Below, in pieces: positions 54,298-62,600 of a DNA stretch of 64,000 nt. A model generated the notes under the pieces. That model had not been told where the DNA came from. It made no database searches and was given only the letters and a program-made list of their open reading frames with translations. The stretch comes from Candidatus Tayloriibacteriota bacterium (GTDB lineage Bacteria > Patescibacteriota > Minisyncoccia > Phycocordibacterales > PALSA-1337): the NCBI GenBank assembly GCA_037129895.1, contig JBAXUB010000006.1, positions 3,580 through 67,579 on the forward strand, in the 5' to 3' direction. The position numbers were made by a program, and so were the translations under genes. How positions within the stretch are numbered: the stretch's first letter is position 1; each line of letters opens with the position of its first letter.

Positions 54298-55277
54298 TGG
54301 ATGCTTTTTATGCTGGTCTGATTATACCACCTTATGACTCGTGGAAAAATGATGATGAATAGAATAACGACTATGATCAGAAGCAAATATGCTGACACTC
54401 CAATATTAAATGGCTTAATTATTGATTCTTCCCTCACATTACCTGATGCATCGAAGGCTCTAACCTCGATCGTACTTATCCATTTCTGATAATAGAGAAT
54501 TTGCGGGCTTTGGGCTTGTGTCCAGAGTTTACTGACACCAAGAATGGAAATAATCCACGGACGTTCCTCGATCTCATATCTCGTGACACCAGATCCTTTG
54601 TCTACTGCAAAGAACGATACGAAGTAGTCGTTGTCAGTCACAGTCGGATCACTACCAAGTGATATGTCGAATGGTTCTGGCGAAGTAGTATCGTCACTCG
54701 GTTTATAGACGATTTTGGTGGCTCTATCATCATTACCGACTGACAATCTGAGTTTGGTAATTGTGACATTGGATAATGCTGTTCCTCTTCCATCATTAAT
54801 ATATGCATTGAAATTGTCCACACTGAGTGATTGATCGCCATGCTTGAGGGCGGTCAAGACAAATGAAAGAATATTCCCACTAGAACCAGAATATCCCCCA
54901 GGAAGTCCGCCAGAGAATCTGATCTCAGACGATGTAGATGATCTGTGAATGTTCTCTAGACTAGGCCGATCGATCCAAAGCGATATGAACGAACCCCCTA
55001 TTTCAATATTCGATACCTCAAATGCTTGCGTTGGTATGAGGATAGATCCGCCCATCGAATTGATCTGTTTACCTTTTGCGTCTAGGTTTAGAGAAACTAT
55101 GAAACTGTCACCAACGTTGTACTTTGATTGCGCCGTTTTCATCGTTACAGTCTGTGCTGACGTTGTCGATGGTAGATTGAATAGAATATAAGATACAGAA
55201 AATACGGCGACCAAAACAAATCTCTGCAAATGATTCTCTCTGTGCCATATGTCCACTATTTCGTTAATATTTATCAT
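54294..55277 (-). CDS. membrane-anchored cohesin-like surface protein 2 (paralogue of 53098-54297)
   Basis: Same architecture as the neighbouring gene and alignable to it (GDSFIVSLNLDAKGKQINSMGGSILIPTQAFEVSNIEIG..FISLW...IRFSGGLPGG..GSSGNILSF). TM helix and short tail. Its start overlaps the stop of the neighbouring gene. Confidence 0.55.
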   Translation of the reverse strand: MININEIVDIWHRENHLQRFVLVAVFSVSYILFNLPSTTSAQTVTMKTAQSKYNVGDSFIVSLNLDAKGKQINSMGGSILIPTQAFEVSNIEIGGSFISLWIDRPSLENIHRSSTSSEIRFSGGLPGGYSGSSGNILSFVLTALKHGDQSLSVDNFNAYINDGRGTALSNVTITKLRLSVGNDDRATKIVYKPSDDTTSPEPFDISLGSDPTVTDNDYFVSFFAVDKGSGVTRYEIEERPWIISILGVSKLWTQAQSPQILYYQKWISTIEVRAFDASGNVREESIIKPFNIGVSAYLLLIIVVILFIIIFPRVIRWYNQTSIKSIQ

Positions 55278-55300
55278 AAGTATTGTCGATGAATGAACTA

Positions 55301-56674
55301 TTACCTAGTTCCAGTCCACCAGTACATCATTATAGAAAAATCTTGGAGGTTGACTCGACCGTCACCATTCAGGTCTGCACAGGGATTTGTTGGTTTAGTG
55401 TTACCCCAGAAGTACATCAGGATTGAAAAGTCAGTAATATTCACTTTGCCATCATTATTGATGTCGGCATGTGCACTACAAGCCGTAGCTTTCGGTGCAG
55501 TATTCAGGACATCTTTGTCGCCGACTTGAAAACCAAGTAATGATGAAAATGCCGAAGCAATATTCTTGTTGGCTATAGTCTGTGACTTCGTCGTATGTTC
55601 ACCTTTTTCTAGTAATGAAGAATTCAATGTATATATCCAACGGCCATATTTATCTGCTATTGTTTGATCGAGGATTTCCTTTTCTGAATTGATCATGATA
55701 TTTACTGAAGATATCGGGTATGAATATCCAAAGAACTTGATCGTGTTACCAATCTTGACGACGGATTTGTCAGAGGTGATAGTCGGTGCAACGATGATGT
55801 CCGATGTTGTGACAGATTGACCAGCGATTGCGTTAACTGTAAAACCAAAAGTCGGTGATTTGTAGTTGTCCTTGTCCAGGGCATATATTCCGAATGAGTA
55901 AATTCCAGAGGATACTGGGAATTCAGCCGCAAAATCACCGTTACTATCAGCTATGACCTGCTTTCCTATCGAGGCATCTTTCAGTATCACGATCTTGGCT
56001 CCAGGGTAAGCCAGACCTTTCAAAGAAATCTTTGTACTTGCTGCAGGACTAGGACTTCCGGCTCCACCTCCTCCTCCGCTACTGCCACCGCCTGTTGGAG
56101 GTGTCGGTGGTACTACCGGTGGTGTTACTGGTGTAGTAGCTACTGGTGTTGCAGATACTTCAGTCGAAGAAGCCACCACCATACCGAATGCATCTTGAGC
56201 TTGAATTATAAAAAAATATGGCTGACTGTTTGTAAGTGAGCTTCTCGTAGCACTGGTAACATTACCTACAGAAGTGAATGTATATGGTCCGCCAGAAGTA
56301 TTGGATTGACCGACGAGGTATCCACCAATATTGAATCCGAGGAATCCTTCTGAAGCTGTCCAACTAAGATCGACTTTCGCGTCTCCTGCTGATGCGGTGA
56401 CGACCGGTGTTGTGACTTTAGGAAAATATAGGAATCCAGAGTTCAACATGAATGTTGTCGCAGTCGAAGAACCGATAGCTATCTGTGACATACTGCCAGT
56501 CAAGCCAAAACTAGCTGATGTCATCTCCCTCACGCTGTTAAATGAAGAGTCGATAACTTTGTAGCTCGCTGAGCCAGGGTCAGTAGCGTTTACTATCAAA
56601 ATCGGCAAAACCAGTGCTACTGTCAGCAAAGAAAATCGTAATAATGTCGTTTTTGCATATTTACTCATAGTCAT
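55301..56674 (-). CDS. secreted multidomain protein with C-terminal type-I dockerin
   Basis: Signal peptide, FN3-like domain, PT/G-rich linker (PPTPPTGGGSSGGGGGAGSP), Ig-like domain. The C-terminal duplicated 22-residue calcium-binding segments DINNDGKVNITDFSILMYFWGN and DLNGDGRVNLQDFSIMMYWWTG are joined by an 8-residue linker, which is the canonical dockerin architecture. Confidence 0.72.
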   Translation of the reverse strand: MTMSKYAKTTLLRFSLLTVALVLPILIVNATDPGSASYKVIDSSFNSVREMTSASFGLTGSMSQIAIGSSTATTFMLNSGFLYFPKVTTPVVTASAGDAKVDLSWTASEGFLGFNIGGYLVGQSNTSGGPYTFTSVGNVTSATRSSLTNSQPYFFIIQAQDAFGMVVASSTEVSATPVATTPVTPPVVPPTPPTGGGSSGGGGGAGSPSPAASTKISLKGLAYPGAKIVILKDASIGKQVIADSNGDFAAEFPVSSGIYSFGIYALDKDNYKSPTFGFTVNAIAGQSVTTSDIIVAPTITSDKSVVKIGNTIKFFGYSYPISSVNIMINSEKEILDQTIADKYGRWIYTLNSSLLEKGEHTTKSQTIANKNIASAFSSLLGFQVGDKDVLNTAPKATACSAHADINNDGKVNITDFSILMYFWGNTKPTNPCADLNGDGRVNLQDFSIMMYWWTGTR

Positions 56675-59600
56675 ATTACAGGCGCTGGTTCTTCAGTTGC
56701 GGGTGGTGGAACTGGTGTAGCTGGTGGCTCTACAGCTGGCGGTGCAGTAACAGGCGTTGATTCTGATGGTGTTTCTGCCGGCGATATTACTGGTGGTTCA
56801 GTTGATGCAGTCGATGTGGCTGGTGGTTCAGCCTGAAGTGGCGGTTCTATTATAGGAGTAGTTGTAGCGGATTCGATTGAAATAGGTGTCGAGGTGGCGT
56901 GAGGTACTATTTCTGGTAGTGTAACTTGGACAGTGGAAGAAGCTATAATCTCTGGTGTTGATGTCGCCGTCGTAGACCCTGTAGTTGTCGGTGTTGTAGA
57001 TGAGGTCGGTTCAATAACAGTTTGTGGAATGACCGGACTAACTGAATTTGCTACCATCATCTTCTTCAAGGCTTCCTCGTCTATACATGTTGATCCGAGA
57101 CAAATGGTTTTTGAATTTACCAATTCAACGTCAGCTTGTTTGGCAGTAATCTTGTTCAATATCCAATTACCCGTTGACTCGATAGCCTTCTCAATAGCTG
57201 ATACGAGTTGACTGATGAATGTCGGAGACGTTACGATGGCCGTCACAGTGGAGCTGGCAGTTTTTGAAGCGGATGCAGCGGTGATTTCCTCCATAGTAGA
57301 AGTACTAAATATATCCTTAACAACGTTCATTGCAGACAACTCCTTTACAGAGTTAACCAATGCCGCCAAGATCGGCCGGTCTGACAATGTCAGCATGCCA
57401 GATGAGTCCACACCGACGGCCTCTGGGATACTCGCTTGAACATTTTGTGCGGAGAAGCCAGCATAAGTCGTCAACGTGTCGTATCCCGTCACATCTTTCC
57501 ATTTATATAAGATAGGATTCAATGTCAAAACATCTGAAAGACCTCGATTGAAATTACCCTGAATATTCTTCAACCTCTCATCTGATGAGACTGTGATGTT
57601 ACCTGATGCATCCGAGACGAGGGTACCAGTAGTGAACGTATCATTTCGCATGGTGCCACTGACGTGAAGTTTGGCGGTTGGAGATATCGTGCCTATGCCG
57701 ACGTTGCCAGATACGGATAGATTAGAAGCAAAGTTATATTCATTGATTGTATATTGTGTGCCGGCGTCCGTAATGGTTGCACTGCTAGGCTGAAGAGTTG
57801 TAGCTGGACCCGAAGTCCAAGTACCTGTATGGCGAATTTCAGATGATATACCGCAGATCCAGCTCGTTGCGAACCGAACCCAGACAGAAAATGTTTGATT
57901 CGTTACACCTGATCCGCTTGTATTGACGACTACAACATTGTCCACGAACCTTATTCCACTACTACCATTGTATGTATCTAGACCAACAATCATCGATTCG
58001 ATACCACTTGCAGTGTTACGCCCCTGCACGTTGATATGTTGTCTGGTTGGAATACCCAAACTACTAGCGGCATATAGGTCCACATCCAGTGTGGACCCAA
58101 TCCAAGCCCCGTTGTTGACAAATGTACCGATCTTCATCCAGTGACCACCATCTGTTCCACACTCATTGCTCGTACCAAATACTCCACCGTATATATAGCG
58201 CATGCCAATAGAGTTAAGTGCAGACATTGTCCCTCTGACATCGAGATTGTATCCAGGAAGAGTTGTTCCTATACCAATGGAGCCATTTTCTTTGATGTAT
58301 AAAGCACTATTTTGAGTAGCAGAACCGTTAGTTACGGAGAATGAAAGAGCACCTTTAGGAGCACCATTGGTATGATCAACGAATACACCAGTAATTGCTG
58401 ATGAAATATTACCCCCAGCAGATCTAAATTCATATGCGCCAAAGTTACCGTTTGTTGGATTATCCTGTTGAATATCGAGAGTAACTGCTTTCCATGCCGA
58501 TGATAAAGTCGTGTTGGTTGTCGATCCGGAAAATATAGACGACACTGCACTATCAGCGGCTCCACCAGTCAGTGGAGTATATGCATGGATTCTTACTCCA
58601 GCATACATTGAGTTGTAGATATCCAAGATAGAGATAGGATTCTCCGTCCCAATCCCCACATTTCCGTTATCTAACACTGTGACTTTAGGTGCATTTGTAG
58701 AGTCTGCAATCTGAAATGCTCGACCTGTAGCGATACCTGTACCCGTTACTGAAAGTTTAGCTGACGGAGACGTTGACCCTATCCCGACGTTGCCAGCGTT
58801 TATTACTAAACTAGCTCCCGCCAATGTTGATGCGCTTGAAATGGTACCGCCCAATCCGACGTTTCCACCGCTCTGCAGAACCATCCTCAATGGCTCGCCT
58901 CCGGCAGCTTGACCACCGTAAATCTCAAATTGCCCACCTGTTCCATCGTAGACACTTCGAATTGTACCGAGTGGTAAATAACTTCCCGATGGATAACCAA
59001 AGAAAGAAAAAGAACCCAAAACATCATTAGTTGAAATATTGGTAGGTGAAGCGACTGTTCCTCGAGCACGATAAAAGCCTACTGTCGGTCTGTCACTGGC
59101 AGTTCCATCTGCAAAATTGATTTTTAACCCATCACCGTATCCCAAAGCCGCACCGCTGTTAGATGCAATATTTAGAATAGTTCCGGGATTCTCCGTCCCA
59201 ATCCCCACATTCCCATTTGCAGCTATTGTGAACATTCTAGCGTTCGAGGAGGAGGAAACAGTAAAAGCATTTGCTGATCCTGCCGTTCCATATATATCAA
59301 GTTTGGCGCTCGGAGTTGTGGTGCCGATACCAACGTTACCAGAACTCGTAATTCTCATTTTTTCTGTTAGAGTAGTAGAAGCACTAGCGCCTGTATTAGT
59401 TAAAAAAGTCAATATTCCACTATAACCAGCACCAGAATACAATTGCTCTATTCTAGATGGCTCCCAGTTATCTGACTCCCTCTTAAAACTAAAATAGGAT
59501 CCGAGTCCTGCTGTTGTACCAATCGTAGGTTCTAATCTTAAATTTCCTTTAACATAAAGTTTTTCAGTAGGATTCATTGTACCAATCCCGACGTTGCCAT

Positions 59601-62600
59601 TCGCCAATACCGTAAACACCGAAGAAGTCGCAAATCCCGCCGAAGTTGTTGAAGCGATACTGAATAGTGGCAGAGTTGATCCGGGGGCTTGTTGTATTGA
59701 GAGTCTAGCAAAAGCTGTAGAAGTACCGAGTGAAGCATTACCAGATGCAGAAATATTGAATACATCTCCAGCGACGCCACCGTTGGATGTTACGTTCAAA
59801 TAATTGGCTGTCTGGGACAATATACCATTTAGACTTAGGATTGATCTTGCAGCAAAGCGTGTACCCAACATTAGTTGAGCGTTGAGAGCAAGATCTGTAC
59901 CTATACTAGCTGCGTCATTGACGAACATATCAGTATAATATGTGTCAGAGATTTGGAATTCTGTTTCAAACCAATATCTATAACCAGCATCCAATGTTCC
60001 TGACATACCCATTACTTTATAGTACCTATATGCTGTAGTGTTCTGACTAAGGGTTGTTATTATATACGTACCACCATTCGTACAACTTCCATCGTTTAAT
60101 TGTGTTGTAGTTCCTATGTTCGTCCAATTTGAGTTATCATTACTTCCTTGCCATTGCCATAATCCTTCGGGACATGTAAAACTCCAGTATGTTTTTGCTG
60201 AATCTATTATTTTCTTTGAGCCAAAATCAAAAGTGATAGATTGTGAACCGTCCAATACCACACCTCCAGTTAGAGTGATACCCGTTGAATTTGTACTACC
60301 ATCTACAAGAGTGGGTATTGTGTACTGATGCCATGAACTACCAGTTTCAGACATAGATATGATACTAGTTCTATTTCCAGTACTATATATATTCGTATAT
60401 GTCGTTGTGGCTGTACTGCTTCCGATATGGAGACGAGCTATAGGGGCGTTCTGTTGTATTCCCGTTAACTTAGCAGCCGTCACGACCATTGCGTCACCAA
60501 GACTTGTACTTGCTGTATTGATACTTAGTAGATTAGCCGATTGCCCAATAGCACCCGTTATACTCATCGTCGTCTGTAGTGGAACTAGGGAGTTTAGTGT
60601 AATGGAACCAAACCCAGCATTACCCGTAGCTGATAGACTACCGACGATAGATGTGTTCCCCGTTACTGATAGTGCGTCATTTCCGTTTGATATCTTGAAC
60701 TCGATTTCTTCCCATCTTCGTCCGTTTGCATCAAGTGTTCCAGAGACACTCACAAGTTTATAATAGCGATACCCAATAGAGTTCGTACTGAGAGTTATCA
60801 TAATATACTCACCTGTTCCACCTACCCCTGAAGATAGTTGAGATGTCCCACCAATATTAGTCCATGTTGAATTATCATTTGAACCTTGCCATTGCCAGAT
60901 ACCCTCTGATTCTCCAAAGTTAAATGTATTCTTTGCAGCAGTTACAATTTTTGGTGACCCAAAATCAAATGTTACAAATTGAGAACCGTTTAAAGTCGTT
61001 CCACCTGCAAGTTGAATTGCGTTTGTATTGTTGTTTGCAAGAACTCCATCTATAATACTATTCAATGTGTAGAAGTGCCATGTTCCACCACCCTCTGATG
61101 TACCAACATAGGTTCTTCTATCACCTGTTCCACCGCTATTACTATAGGACGGCGTTTGATTATCTACAGCAATCAATGCAGCTGATGTAGTAGTACCAAC
61201 ACCAGTAAGTCCGCTATCTAGAATAGTAAACTTTGCTGCATAAGTGCTATCTGTAACTTGAAAGGCCTTTCCTGTTGTGATGCCAGAACCTGAGACTGTA
61301 AGCCTAGCTAGGGGACTTGTCGTCCCAATACCGACGTTGCCGCTATCTAGAATAGTAAACTTTGCTACACCATCACTGTCTGTTGTCTGAAAAGTAGCCC
61401 CTGTTGTTGTACCAGAACCATTAACTGACAATTTAGCTGCTGGTGTAGCGTATGGGCCAATTCCGACATTTCCATTAGATTTGAGAATAGAAAAGCGTAA
61501 AGTCCCACTAAGAGAAGTGAAGTCATTTGGAGAAGTGTAATAACGTAAATTACCACCACTTTGAACTCCAAGGGCGGCATGCGCAGCCACTTGATTTTCA
61601 ATAAAAGTAATAAATCCAGAGGTGTTTATCGCTGGCCTAAGTGTCAATGATCCAGTTGCGCCTCCACCAGCACCAAGCCCTGCACCAAGAGCTGCTGTAG
61701 AAAGAGCTCCTCCGACAGTTAGATTGTTCCCTACCACAAAACTGTCAGGCGTTTTTAATCCGATTGCATCAGCATATAAAGCTGCATTTACTACTCCTGA
61801 GTTATAAAAATTTATTCTCGGTACACCACCACTACTAGGTAGAAACTCTATGTAGTCACCAGTTGCATCGTTTATTTGCATTGGTCCAAGAATGCTCAGT
61901 GTTTTTCCAGATATAAAACTATTAGTCCCTATTGCAGTACTTCCAGCCAAATATGTCTGTCCAGAAACTGATAGGTTTGTTGTAGAAGCATTACCTAGTG
62001 AAGATTGACCGGTAACTGATAGCGTTCCTGTGGCTGTAATGTTTGCAGCTGTTAGGTTGCCTGAGAAGTAGCCGTCTCCTACTACGGTGAGCTTGGATGA
62101 TGGGGTTGTGGAGCCGATACCGACGTTGCCGCTCGTATCAACTGTCAGTCGCCTCGTAATAGTTGAAGCCCCATCCCAAGTATAAATACCAAAATTATCT
62201 GTACCATTAGGCATCCCAAAACCCCATTGCGGAGTAGAGGCAGTTACAGCCGTAGCACTTTGTATTAGAAAGGCGGCATCGTGCGTATTATTATTCCTCA
62301 TAACCCTTGCCCAAGAGTTTCCAATAGAGTTCCAACCAATATCCAAAGGTACACCCGGACTCGTCGTCCCAATTCCCACATTCCCTCCATTGTAGTAAAC
62401 ACTGGAACTATTCGTCGTCCACTGACTAGATACTTTGTTGTTCCAGTCTGTGGTAGATGCAGATAGAGGGATGATATAGCTAGGATTGAGTGAGAGTACT
62501 CCAGTAGATGTAGCATACTGTAGACCTGTAGCTGTAGTAGACAGGGCGTTTCTGGAACGTACGTCTGTATAGTAGAGGTTAGTACCTTCTGCTAGAGCTG

